From contig NC_043005.1 in NCBI RefSeq assembly GCF_006345805.1, forward strand, positions 83,886,001 through 83,950,000: a DNA stretch of 64,000 nt, given 5' to 3'. Below the pieces are notes generated by a model, which was not told the origin of the DNA, did no database searches, and was given only the letters and a program-made list of their open reading frames with translations. Position 1 is the stretch's first letter, and every line of letters starts with the position of its first letter. Shown here piece after piece: positions 1 through 11,757 of the stretch. The position numbers were made by a program, and so were the translations under genes. Source of the stretch: Octopus sinensis (lineage: Eukaryota).

Positions 1-559
1 AAACAGCTATAAAACCAGAGGCACAACAGAGGCTGAGATGACCAGAAGCCAACTGCACTTCAATGCTTTTTTATACAAGTTTACCTTTGCCTAAGAGGAA
101 GTTCTGACAAGATATAGGGGTCCTTCATTCCCAGTGATTTACATGCTAATTAAACCATACCTGGGACTTTAACAGGTGCTACTATTAGAGGTGAGATCTG
201 GGAACAAGAGTATAAATACATACCCAAATGTGTACAAAAATACACACACACACACACACCACACACACACACACACACACAAACACAAATATATACGTGC
301 ACATATACCAAATCCACTGTCTACCAAATCCACTCACAAGGCCTTGGTCGGCCCGAGGGTATACTAAAAGACACTTGCCCAATGTGTCACGCAGTGGGAC
401 TAAATCCGGAACTATGTGGTTGGTAAACACGCTTCTTAACACACAGCCACTCCTGCGTCTGTTTGTGTGTATATGGTGTGTGTGTGTGTGTTTGTGATAT
501 AATAGATGATTGTGGTGGTGGGGGTGTCGAATGTGTTTGTGTGTGTTTGTGTATATATA

Positions 560-1030
560 TAAATGAATATTTATTATTCTTAAGCAAGAATGTTGCTGAC
601 AGTAACTTCGAAGTTTCGGCCAGCTAAGCCACCGTCCGACTGCAATACATTAGAGTTAGTCTTGCCTTTATATAGTCTGAGCTAGCATCTTCCTTTTGTG
701 TGGGGGTTTGAGTGGAGTGGTAATCAGGTTTTTATGGTTGGTTATTATGGAGAGGTGTTTTGGAGAAATTTTTATTGATTAAAAGTTGGACGATGTTATT
801 GTTTAGAATTTATTCATGCAGGTAGAAATTTGTAGACAAGTGTGTAGGTGTTTCTCTTTTCTTAGGTCGGCACGAGGTGGGAGAGTATTGTTGTTGCTTT
901 TGGTATTAATGGATGTATTGGATTTGACAATGCAAAGGTCAAAGGTACAAAGCCCAGTATTGAAGTCCTTAGTAATTGGGTGCCTCAACGTTTTGTTTTT
1001 AACAAAGGAATGTAGGTAGATGGTAAATTC
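560..1030 (-). mobile_element. Penelope-like element 3' remnant with pLTR
   Basis: decayed sequence resembling a GIY-YIG C-terminus, then TATAAAGG and a hammerhead-shaped motif. Confidence 0.45.
600..642 (-). ncRNA. degenerate minimal type I hammerhead ribozyme motif
   Basis: CAGT-CGGACGG-T-GGC..GCC-GAAA-CTTCGAAG-TT-ACTG; palindromic stem III; core mutated relative to CUGANGA. Confidence 0.45.
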
Positions 1031-1329
1031 TGGCTGAGAAATACCTAAACGTTTATAAATTTCTACATACCATAAGATTGGTACCAGGCTTGAGAAAAAA
1101 GTACTGGGGTCGTTTCATTTGACTAGAAATTCTTCAAGGCAGTACCTTAAAGACAGTGCCCTCATCTTTAATTTAAGCAAAATAACAAGAGGTGAAGTAA
1201 AAATAATATATAAAATATATGAAAATATAAGCAAATAATATAAAAGAACTCTTCACCAAAGTAATTACACAAAAGGGAAAATGGGGGACAAAAGATCTGA
1301 TGATTTAAAGGTTCTATAGAATTCATGGA

Positions 1330-1806
1330 TAACTTTATAAGTAATTTCCTGGATTGTTACATGATATCCTTCCATAACTATTCGCCGAATCTTCTCAGTC
1401 ACCGCCTCGTTTCCACTTGTGGATGGCCTGCCTGAACATGCCTCCCTCACCACTCAGTAGAAGGCATGTTTGAAACAGTTGTACCATCCTTAATCTGAGT
1501 TTTGTCCATGGTATCATATCGCCAATGGTTTGTTGAATTCTCCGGATGGTGTGAGCTTGAGTACCACCAAGCTTTTGGCTAAACATGATGCAATATCTCT
1601 GCTTGATGCATTTGGTCGTCTGACGGGAAAACGAAAATCGAGTGAGAACTACATATCTGTACTTTAGGCATAACAGCCGAGAACTGATGCAGCCAACAGG
1701 CGCAGGAAGGGCAATGTCCCCCCCCCACATTCAAAATATTTTCCCCCCATGACATTAGAATTGGAGGACAAATCATTAAATTCGGATACCTTTTGAGCAC
1801 ACCTCA
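1330..1806 (-). mobile_element. mariner transposon 5' fragment
   Basis: QRYCIMFSQKLG and SGRPSTS...KIRRIVMEG (HTH region); TIR-like GAGGTGTGCTCAAAAGGTATCCG. Confidence 0.8.
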
Positions 1807-1856
1807 TGTGTGTGTGTGTGTGTGAATTTAAAGTTTTTCTCTTCAATCTTTTTCAG

Positions 1857-2011
1857 ATTTGGTCGCAAAAAAGTGATAATTGTGAGTTTATTTTTGCAAG
1901 GGTCAACCGGAATAGCAACGGCCTTCATCTCCAACATTTATGCCATATATGTGTTACGTTTTCTCACAGCTATTGGTGGTGCTGGATCCTTCGTTCCTTC
2001 GGTTGTCTTTG
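1857..2011 (+). CDS. SLC22: SLC22/Orct-like transporter, in-window exon 1 (5' exons are upstream of the window)
   Basis: tttcag acceptor and GTAAGC donor; encodes FGRKKVIIVSLFLQGSTGIATAF...LRFLTAIGGAG, i.e. the end of MFS motif A (xGRK) and TM3-4. Confidence 0.9.
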
Positions 2012-2109
2012 GTAAGCAAACAACAATAAAACACCATAAATATTCACTTTTAAATTTGAATGCAAGTTGAATGATTTCCTGTCTTTTGTTCTTTGTCTGT
2101 TCTCGTCCG

Positions 2110-2560
2110 TTAGAAGGAGATCCTTTGATGGTTTTTAATCAGATCAACAACTTTATATTGTCTCATTACGCAAGAATTGTTACGTTGCTCTGAGTGGAAA
2201 GGCAACAGTCTTCACGAGGCAGTGTGCCAAGTGACATAACTGTGTTCGTATGTTGTAAAATTTGTGTTCTTGGGATCACGTATATGGTGTAGTCAAGGAC
2301 AGGAAGTTGGAACAAAGAACCAACGTGAAATTTTGCGTAAAACCTGGAAGTCTGCTACCGAGACATTGAGCATGCTTCAGGAATCTTACGGTGATGAGGC
2401 AATGGGTCGTACGCAAAGTTTCAAGTGGCGCGGATATTTCAAAAGCGAAAGAACGTCCCTGGGAGCCGATGAACGATCAGGAAGACCTGCCACGAGCGTC
2501 ATCTACCGGAAATGTGGAGAGCATTGATCAGCTTGTGCATGAGGATCAGCGGATGGCAAC
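2110..2560 (+). mobile_element. mariner transposon 5' fragment
   Basis: KSATETLSMLQESYGDEAMGRTQSFKW...FK...DERSGRP. Confidence 0.8.
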
Positions 2561-2564
2561 GAAC

Positions 2565-4330
2565 GAGGTTATTTTAAAACCACTATGTACCTACATACCC
2601 AGTTTCATTCGGGATGACATCGATTCTATGTCCCATCTTCCCAAAACCACTGAAACAAATTCAATCCTACTAAGCTTTGATGTAGTAAGCCATTAAACCA
2701 ATATCTCACATGGTTTAGGAATAAAGGTGATCAAATACTGGGTAGATAAACATAGGGAAGCAATTCCCAACTGATTCACAGTGACATTCATATTAGACTC
2801 AGTCAGACTTATTCTGGAAAACAGCACTTTCTTCTTCAATGGAAAGAACTACATCCAAATTAAAGGCACGGCTATGGGAACGAGGTTTGCTTCCGTTTAT
2901 GCGAACTCGGTGATGGGATACTTAGAGCAAAAACTCTACCAGAAAATAGAGGAGAGATACTGCACTGAATTTAGAAAGTATACTGAAAAAGCATGAAAGA
3001 AATACCTCGACGATTGCCTCATAATCTGGAAAAAATCTCAAGACACCGTGGAAGAATTCAACATCCTCCTGAACAACCTACACCCATCCATCCAATTTAC
3101 AAAAAAGATGAGCAGTACCAAATTACCATTCCTAGATATAATGGTGATTAAAAAGAACACCGCCTTTACCACAGATATATATTATAAACACACAGATACA
3201 CACCAGTACCTGAATTTTAAATCGTGCCATCCACCGCATACAAAACGTAACATCCCATACTGCTTAGCCAGAAGAATCTGTACTATTGTAGAGGATCTAA
3301 AGGCCAGAAATCAGCACCTGATGGAACTGAAAGAATTTCTGCCAAACAAAAATACCCGTCCCTACTTATTGAAAATGGTATTCAGCGGGCTTTGAAGATA
3401 CAACAACTGAGGACACCACAAAGAAGAGAAAAACAAGAACAAATCATACCATTTATAGTGACACACAATCCATGCCACCAGAACATCTTCAATATCGCTA
3501 AAGCAAACTTGCCAATCATTGCACAAAGTAAGGAATTGAAAAATATAATTACAGATCAAACTCTCAGTAAGAGATAGCCTAAGAGCTTGAAAAAGTTAAC
3601 AAAGGCAAGGTTTCACCTTAGCAACAAAAATCAACCATTCACTATATCTAAATGCAATGATAACCGATGCGGTACATGCCCATTAATTCATACCGACCCA
3701 TATATGAACACAAAAACAGGGAAAATATTCACAAACGCGAACATGAACTGCGAAAGCAGAAATGTAATCTACTGCATCAAATGCCCAAATTGTGAAGAGC
3801 TGTATGGTGGCCAGACAGGTGATGCACTATCAGAACGTTCGCGTGTGCATCGACAACAAATTAAAAACCCAGAAGTCTGCCAAATACCACTGAGTAACCA
3901 TCTGGCAACATGCAGTCGGAAAAATTTTATGATATTCCCATTTCATAAACTTTACAACTTGAATGAAATTAGGAGAAAACTGAGAGAAAAGGACTTTATT
4001 AAGAAATTCAAACCCTAGCTTAACAAACAATGATTAAATTAATCATATTTGGGTTTTAAAAATCTTATCCCTATAACTAAAACACAAAAAATCTCTAAAA
4101 CGTACTGCTGTCATCATTTCTAAAAAGAAACATTGAAAAATGGTTTGGCATCATTTTAAAAAATAGCCAAACAACTACTGGAACATATATAAAGGACAAA
4201 AGACAGCCAGTCTACTACAGTTGAAACATTCCTGTCACAACCTGGGACCTTGAAGACTGCTTAAATGCAAGAAAGTATACTAGTCCCTTAATATGTTATA
4301 TTCAACATTTCATCTATTCAATGCTTCATT
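2565..4330 (+). mobile_element. Penelope-like retroelement (RT + GIY-YIG, with stops and frameshifts) and 3' pLTR
   Basis: SFDVVS, QIKGTAMGTRFA, YLDDC, LPFLD, YYKHTDTHQYL..SCHP; NVIYCIKCPNCEELYGGQTG. Confidence 0.92.
4244..4287 (+). ncRNA. minimal type I hammerhead ribozyme motif in the Penelope pLTR (one extra base in the core)
   Basis: GGGAC-CTTGAAGA-CTGC TTAAAT GCAA-GAAA-GTATAC-TA-GTCCC. Confidence 0.6.
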
Positions 4331-4494
4331 TCATTTTACTATATATACTATTTATACTATATATTCTATATTCTATTTATACTATATTCTATATACTATT
4401 TATACTATATATTCTATATTCTACATTAATATTATAAATAATATAAATAAAACATAAAAAACAGACAGAATTGGAATTCCTTTGAATAATATAT

Positions 4495-4700
4495 ATTGAC
4501 CTCGTGAGACCACTTGCATTTTTTTCCCTGTCCTCCCACCTCGGGATCTTTCTTTCTCCTATGTTTCCGACGAAGAGCTCCGCTCGAAACGTCATACCCT
4601 CCTTCTTCCCTTTTTTCCTGAGCGCCTAATAATACTTTAATTGTTCCACCCCACCTCCTTGCGTTGTTGTCTTTTTTGTTTTCTTGTTTGGATTAACTTT
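4495..4700 (+). mobile_element. ~200 bp non-coding dispersed repeat with a hammerhead-like motif (4563-4597), flanked by (TA)n
   Basis: second diverged copy at 60480-60671 (-); GTTT-CCGACGA-A-GAGC TCC GCTC-GAAA-CG-TC-ATAC. Confidence 0.6.
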
Positions 4701-4836
4701 ATATATATATATATATGCATGTTTATATATGCACGTACGCGCGCGTGTGTGTATGTATTATAAATTCCCTCTTTATATCATCATCTTCGTAATTGTTGTC
4801 ATCATATTTCCTCGTCATCATTCTTTCAAATTCTAG

Positions 4837-5008
4837 CTTCTGAAATATCTTCGGTGGACAGTAGAATGAAATCTTCCATTGTCATCCAAGTGGTATTTGC
4901 CGTCGGACTCATGATCACTTCTCTGCTGACGTACTTTGTGAGGACCTGGAAGCCGGTGGTGATCATAATATCAGTCCCGTCACTGGTGCTCGGTGTCGCC
5001 TATGTCTG
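4837..5008 (+). CDS. SLC22: SLC22-like exon 2
   Basis: ttctag acceptor and GTAGGT donor, phases match neighbouring exons; (A)SEISSVDSRMKSSIVIQVVFAVG...YFVRTWKP...; not in the ORF track. Confidence 0.88.
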
Positions 5009-5143
5009 GTAGGTATGCATGTGTGTATGGGTGGATGGATGGATGGATGAATGCATTTATACCTGTATGGTTACACAGATGTAAATATGGCTGGGTGTAT
5101 GTATCAATACATGCATGTATGTACGTATGAGTAAATGAATGAA

Positions 5144-5620
5144 TGGCGATGAGCTGGCAGAAACGTTAGCACGCCGGGCGAAATGCTTAGCGGTATTTCA
5201 TCTGTCGAAAGTCAGAGAGCGGCAGAAACGTTAGCACGTCAGGTAAAATGCTTAGCGGTATTTCGTCTGCCGTTACGTTGCGAGTTCAAATTCCGCCGAG
5301 GTCGACTTTACCTTTCATCCTTTCGGGGTCGATAAATTAAGTACCAGTTACGCACTGGGGTCGATGTAATCGACTTAATACCTATGTCTGTCCTTGTTTG
5401 TCCCCTCTATGTCTAGCCCTTGTGGGTAATAAAGAAATAGGTATTTCGTCTGTCGTTACGTTGTGAGTTCAAATTCCGCCGAGGTCGACTTTGCCTTTTA
5501 TCCTTTCGGAGTCGATAAATTAAGTACCAGTACGCACTGGGGTCGATGTAATCGACTTAATCTCTTATCTGTCCTTGTTTGTCCCCTCTATGTTTAGCCC
5601 CTTGTGGGTAGTAAAGAAAT
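5144..5620 (+). mobile_element. tRNA-derived SINE family A, with internal tandem duplications
   Basis: A-box-like TGGCAGAAACGTTAG, B-box GAGTTCAAATTCC; related copies near 58110 and 61296. Confidence 0.75.
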
Positions 5621-6602
5621 ATATATGAATGAATGGATGTGTGTGTGGATATGTAGGTGTATGATCAAAGAATCTCTGTATGTACGAATGTATGGATATC
5701 TCTATATATGTATGGCTGGATGTGTGTATGTATATAAGTGTGTATTGATGTATGTATGTATGTATGTATGTATTATGTATGTGTATGTATGTATGTATGT
5801 ATGGATCAATGTATGTATGCATGTATGTACGTTTGAGTAAATGAATGTATGGTTGCATGGATTTATATATACGGACGTACTTAAGTATATGTGGTGCATA
5901 TATGTATATATGTATGGATGTATATAGGGTAGATGAATGGATATGTGCATATGTGTATGTGTGTATGTGTTAGTGTGCACGTATGTGTATATGTATATAC
6001 AACCCGTTACATAGATGGCGACTATACTTGCAACCCTAACAAGTTCGTTTGGGAAGTGGGGTGGGAGTGAAGAATGTTTATATTGGACACCCTCCAGGAA
6101 GAGAAGCAAAACCCGTCTAAGGACAGCTGGGAGTGAGAAACCCTTAACCTTTGTTTAGATATCTCTCTAGGGGGAGGAAAACTCTGATCTAACCCCTGTA
6201 CCTTCGTTTGAATCCAATTTGTTGATTAGTTCTCCTTTGGGGCAAAAGCATTCGATGTTAGAGACGAGTAACTTAAGAAGCTTTAAATACAGCTTCACCT
6301 GACTTTTAAACATCTTTATTAACATCAAAGATGCAGGCGTGGCTGTTTGTGTGGTAAGATGTTTGCTTCCCAACCACATGGTTCTGGGTTCAGTCTCACT
6401 GTATGACATCATGAACAAATGCCTATCTATCTACCAATCTATCTATCTACCAATCTATCGATCTACCAATCTCTGTCTGTTGTATGTATGTATGTATGTA
6501 TGTATGTATGTATGTAGTATGTATGTATGTATGTATGTATGCATGTATGTGTGTATGTATGAGAGTGTGTGTTCATATATGTGTGTGTATGTTCCGTTTT
6601 CT

Positions 6603-6988
6603 TTGTGGAGGCGCAATGGCCCAGTGGTTAGGGCAGTGGACTCGCGGTCGTTGGATCGCAGTTTCGATTCCCAGACCGGGCATTGTGAGTGTTTATTGAG
6701 CGAAAACACCTAAAACTTCACAAGGCTCCTGCAGGGGGTGGTGATGAACCCTGCTGTACTCTTTAACCACAACTCCCTCTCACTCTTTCTTCCTGTTTCT
6801 GTTGTACCTGTATTTCAAAGGGCCAGCCTTGTCACACTCTGTGTCACGCTGAATCTCCCCAAGAACTACGTTAAGGGTACACGTGTTTGTGGAATGCTCA
6901 GCCACTTGCACGTTAATTCCACGAGCAAGCTGTTCCGTTGATCGTATCAGCTGGAACCCTCATCGTCGTAACCGACGGAGTGCTCCTA
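6603..6988 (+). mobile_element. tRNA-derived SINE family C with 15 bp TSD
   Basis: TGGCCCAGTGG A box, GTTTCGATTCC B box; TSD TATGTTCCGTTTTCT at 6588-6602 and 6989-7003; related copy at 55596. Confidence 0.85.
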
Positions 6989-7012
6989 TATGTTCCGTTT
7001 TCTATTTGCAAG

Positions 7013-7225
7013 TTTCCTAGACGAGTCTCCCCGATGGCTCCTCAATAAAAAGAGAACAAAAGATGCCAACTTAATTCTTAGCAACATCGCCAAACTGAAT
7101 AAAACAGTTTTGCCTCAAACAGAAATCGTCAACATTTCCTCATCGAACAATAAAAAAGTAGAAATCTGGAAAATGTTTACCATTCCTCAGCTTCTAAAAC
7201 GGACCCTAATTTTTATACTAAACTG
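7013..7225 (+). CDS. SLC22: SLC22-like exon 3
   Basis: gcaag acceptor and GTGAGT donor; FLDESPRWLL (PESPRWL motif) ... LLKRTLIFILNW. Confidence 0.92.
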
Positions 7226-7260
7226 GTGAGTGATATTACAGTTACCATTTTCTGTGTGTT

Positions 7261-7669
7261 CTTTATCTTTTATCGTTTACTTGTTTCAGACATTTGACTG
7301 GTGCCATGCTGGGGCACCGCCTTGAAAAACTTTTACTTGAATTAATTGACCTCAGACTTTTTAAATCCTGGTGCTGATTTCATTGGTTTTTTAAACCATT
7401 AAGTTATGGGGACATAAACAAACCAACAGAGGTTATCAGATAGTTGTAGGGGTAAAACACATAGATAAAGACCCACACATAGCTGTGTGTGTGTGTGTGT
7501 GTAATATGATGAGCTACTTTCAGTTTCCATCTATCAAATCTACTCACATGGCTTTGGTCAGCCATGATTAGGGTAGAAGACACTTGACCACGGTACCGCG
7601 CACTAGGATTGAACTTGGAGCCATGTAGTTGGGGAGCAAGCTTCTACCACGCAGCCATGCATGCACCTA
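7261..7669 (-). mobile_element. tRNA-derived SINE family B (diverged)
   Basis: matches the copies at 54107, 58799 and 61510. Confidence 0.7.
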
Positions 7670-8744
7670 TATTGATCAGAATGATGCAGATATTGTGGAA
7701 GTTTTCTTGCAAGAAATTCATGTAGAGTCAAACTTGAAGGAATATCAAAGATACTAAGTGTGCAAGGATGCTTACATGAAAATGAAATAAAGGAATTCTT
7801 TTAGAACAAAGCAAAGAAGGATAACATGAGAAGTAAAACTTAGTTGACCCTTTTGATATCAACCCACATGAGATGTTCCTTGTTGTATCATACAGACTTC
7901 CTGTTTGATCTAATTTGAAAATTTCCATTAAAATTTCATGTTTATTTGTGTTCCAGTCTTAATTATGGGCACCTCATTTTATTAAATTCCTCATTATTTT
8001 GAAAATTAGTTGAAACAAAACTAACGTATTTTAACAACACCATGGTAACGAAAGTGTTAAGTCAGAATAAGTTGTCTGATGTCTCTAAAAGTAGGTTATT
8101 GAAGTATTGCCCATTCTCTGACAGGTTTGTGGTCAAGCCTGCGTCAGTGGAGACGTCAAGCATTCTTAGGCCCTGAACCACATCCCTGCTCACCACTATC
8201 AGGGTGGAGACAGCTATCTGCAAGTGTGAGATCAGAGTGGCTGTTCCAGTGCATCTGGGGCAACACCATTTCTACTGTATCTGCTGGAATCTTGAGTTAA
8301 ACTAACAAACTAATTTAGGTTTTTCTTTACAATGAGGAAGAGGAAGGATATGGTGATTTAGGCAAAGCTTCATCAAATTTAGAAAACTATTTCACTAAGA
8401 ATTACCATTGGCTATCAAGTGTCAGACCACGAAATATTTTCTACTCCATAAACATAAACACTCTATACACACGTAAACTAACAAAGGTCACATATACCTA
8501 CAAACCATTTATCCAGCGCACTAAAGTTGCCCCCATCAATTAGCTCTCATTGGCTAACTCTGTCTCAGCTGTTGAGTTGTCTATGTTAGACAGTTAGTTG
8601 TATAACTTTACTTGCTGTTGGTCTCAATGTTCAAATTATCATAATTCTCTCTAAGAAATTTTCGTAGCCATCTAACCAGTGTTTGGTCTGCAATTTTTGT
8701 GCATTTTTGTACATTGTATAAAATATTTCATTTCTTTTCTATAG

Positions 8745-8971
8745 GGTGACTGTGAGCTTGGTATATTACGGCCTTACTCTTAATGTTGGCAAATTGTATG
8801 GCAATCTCTATATGAATTTTTTTTTGATTTCGGTTGTCGAGCTTCCGGGCCATGCTCTGTGCATCCTTCTGTTAAATCGTGTTGGAAGAAAAAATTTGCA
8901 TACTAGCATGATGGTTTTGACTGGAGTCGCTTGTATTGCTGGAATATTTCCTGTCCTCTATGGCACTAAAG
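8745..8971 (+). CDS. SLC22: SLC22-like exon 4
   Basis: ctatag acceptor and GTAAAC donor; SLVYYGLTLN...NLYMNFFLISVVELPG...NRVGRK. Confidence 0.93.
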
Positions 8972-9044
8972 GTAAACGAATCATTATTATTGTTGTTGTT
9001 CTTGTTCTATTTGTTATCATCATCATCGTCATCATCATCATCAA

Positions 9045-9090
<46 letters not shown>

Positions 9091-11140
9091 GCCTTCTTTC
9101 TTCAAATTTTCTTCCGTTTCTCGCCGAGTGTTTTCCGTACACCTAGGTTAGAGAAGCTCATTGTATGCATTCCCAGATTACAAACGCAAATTCACAGGTA
9201 AAATATGTATTTAAAAAATTAATAAATAAATATATTCATGGATGGATGTTATTTCACAGCGATAATGCTCTTCTCACTATATGAGCCGTTCCAGTTAATA
9301 CGATTTTTTGCACTTCCTGTAGTGGTGGTAAGCCTGGTATCATTTTCAAATAGGTTTCAGTACCTTTTTTTATCATTCCTAGAGATCCTACAATCACTGG
9401 TACTGTAGTCGCCTTGAGATGCCACATTTTTTCAATTTCTATCAGCAAGTCTTTTATTTTACTGATCTTGTCAAATTCTTTCGCCGCTATATTGTGATCG
9501 CAAGGGATACTCATGTCAATTAATAAAACACCTTTTGTCTAATCTTTTATGATAATATCCGGTTTATTAGCTTTATAGTCTTGTCGGTCTGTACGGGGAA
9601 GTCCCAGAGAATCGACACATTTTCTCCCTCAGTCACAGCTTAAGGATGGTGTTTATACCATTTGTCAGCGGTTCTGATTTTATAATGCCGACATATTGTC
9701 CAGTGAAAATATTGGCCGACTCTGTCATGTCTTGCTTTATTCTGCAGGTGCTAAGACTCTACACCTGAGATTAGGTGGTCTATAGTTTTCAATCTCATCG
9801 TTACAGAATCGGCATTTTGGGTCAGCTCCATTTTTTATCACATTGGCTTGGTAGTACCGGTTAATAAGTTTTGGTCTTGAGCAGCTAATATGACACCTTC
9901 ACTTTCTGATTTTAGCCCTGAGCTTCGTAGCCATTGGTGCGTGTGTTTCTGGTCGACATCAGCTTGTTTGCTACGGGCCACATACTTGCCATGCAGAGGT
10001 TTCTGTTCCCATCTCCTAGCTAATTTGCAATTAATTTATTTTTTTTACAGCAGCAGTTGGCGCATTTCCTTCAACCTGATCAATTCTGGTAGGTATCTAA
10101 GAGATCAGTAGCGAATTGTTTGCTCTCTTTCAGAATAGAGTGAAGTTTTTTCAGTCTTTCATACTAGCATGTCTTTCATACTAGTCTTTCATACAACAAG
10201 TTTTAGCATCCAATCATTGGTTGTTTCAAAGTATTTGGCCAGTCCGATTGTGGTGGTTTTGTACGTAAGTTCAAGCTGGATCAAACTTCGTCCTCCCTGA
10301 GCTCTGGGAAGGTAAAGACGATCCACGTCTGCCTTTGAATGGTGCATCTTATTACAAGTCAGTAGCTTGCGGATTTTTCTGTCAATTTTCATTATTTCAC
10401 TGGTATTCCAGTTAAGCACATTGAAGCTATAAAGAACAACTAGTACTGCTAAGGAATTTATGGCTAAAACCTTTATTATATGCATTCAGCTCAGACTTCA
10501 AGACTGCTCGAACTCTTCTATAACATTCCTTCCTAACATTCTCTTTCATGCTTGCATGCTTGATACCAGAACCTTCATTTATTCCTAGGTATTTACAGGT
10601 TTGTTCCTGCTCAAGTTCCTTTATTAGTGTTTCGACATCTAATTCGATTAAACTTGACTTTACCAATTTCCCTTTCTTAAAAGTGGCTTTGGCACACTTT
10701 TCAAGGCAAAACTCCATCCCGATATCATCACTGAATTTTTTCACAGTATGTAGTAGTCCTTCAAGCTCTTCGTCATCTTTGCCATATAGTTTTAAATCAT
10801 TCATATAAAATAGATGGCTTATTTTCCTGTTGTCAATTTTGTACCCATAACCTGTTCTATTCAGTTCACTTGAGAGTGGTATTAGTGCTATGCATAAAAT
10901 TAGTGGTGAAAATGAGTCACCTTGGAAAATTCCACAGTTTATGCTAATATTGTTTGAGCGCAATACTCCATTAGAATGATATAATTGGATCTTCGTGTTC
11001 CATAGTGACCTATTATACTTTAAAAAGTCTGAAATCACAGGAGAAATTTTGAAAATGTCCAGCGATTTCAGAATCCTCGAATGTGGTATACTGTCAAAGG
11101 CTTTTTTATAATCAATCCATGAAGAGCTGAGATTATGAAG
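9091..11140 (-). mobile_element. 5'-truncated R4/Dong-like non-LTR retrotransposon (RT + restriction-like endonuclease), decayed
   Basis: WIDYKKAFDSIPH, GIFQGDSFSP, HLFYMNDLKLY, KYLGI, LYLPRAQGGR, RHDRV, NKPDII, KEFDKISK; 3' end abuts (TAA)n at 9046-9090. Confidence 0.85.
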
Positions 11141-11310
11141 GGTTTTAATCAAAGAAATTTTAATTCTATTATTCTGTAAAATAATATTTAATTAGTTTAA
11201 ATTTACACAAATGCATAAAAATAATTTTTAATTCCATTAGACATTCTAAAATACTATTAAATTTCATTCAATTTAAAAAAAACGTAAAATCGGACAGAAC
11301 TTATGGAATG

Positions 11311-11375
<65 letters not shown>

Positions 11376-11394
11376 TATTATATAATATATATTA

Positions 11395-11757
11395 TCTTTT
11401 ATCTTTTACTAATTTCAAACATTAGAGCCCGGCCATGCTGAGGCACCACCTCGAAGAAGTTCTAGTCAAATGGACTCATTTTATAAAGCCTAATGCTTAT
11501 TCTATCGGTCACTTTAACTGAACTTCTAAGTTACAGGGACGTAAACACACCAGTTGTCGAGGAATGAGAGGAGACAAACACAGACAAATATAAAACGGAT
11601 TTCTTTCAGTTTCATTTTACCAAATCCACTCGCAAGGATTTGGTTGATTCGTGGTTATAATAGAAAATACTTTACCATGGTGCCACACGGTGGGGCTGAA
11701 CCCAGAGCTATGGGGTTGGGAAGCAAACCTCTTACAAAACAGCTGTGTCTGTGCCTG
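11395..11757 (-). mobile_element. SINE family B (diverged)
   Basis: similar to the other family B copies. Confidence 0.65.

Noticed and set aside
6608-6682. tRNA gene (also heads at ~5150 and ~55597)
   Set aside because: The A/B boxes continue into SINE bodies, one with a TSD; no convincing full cloverleaf
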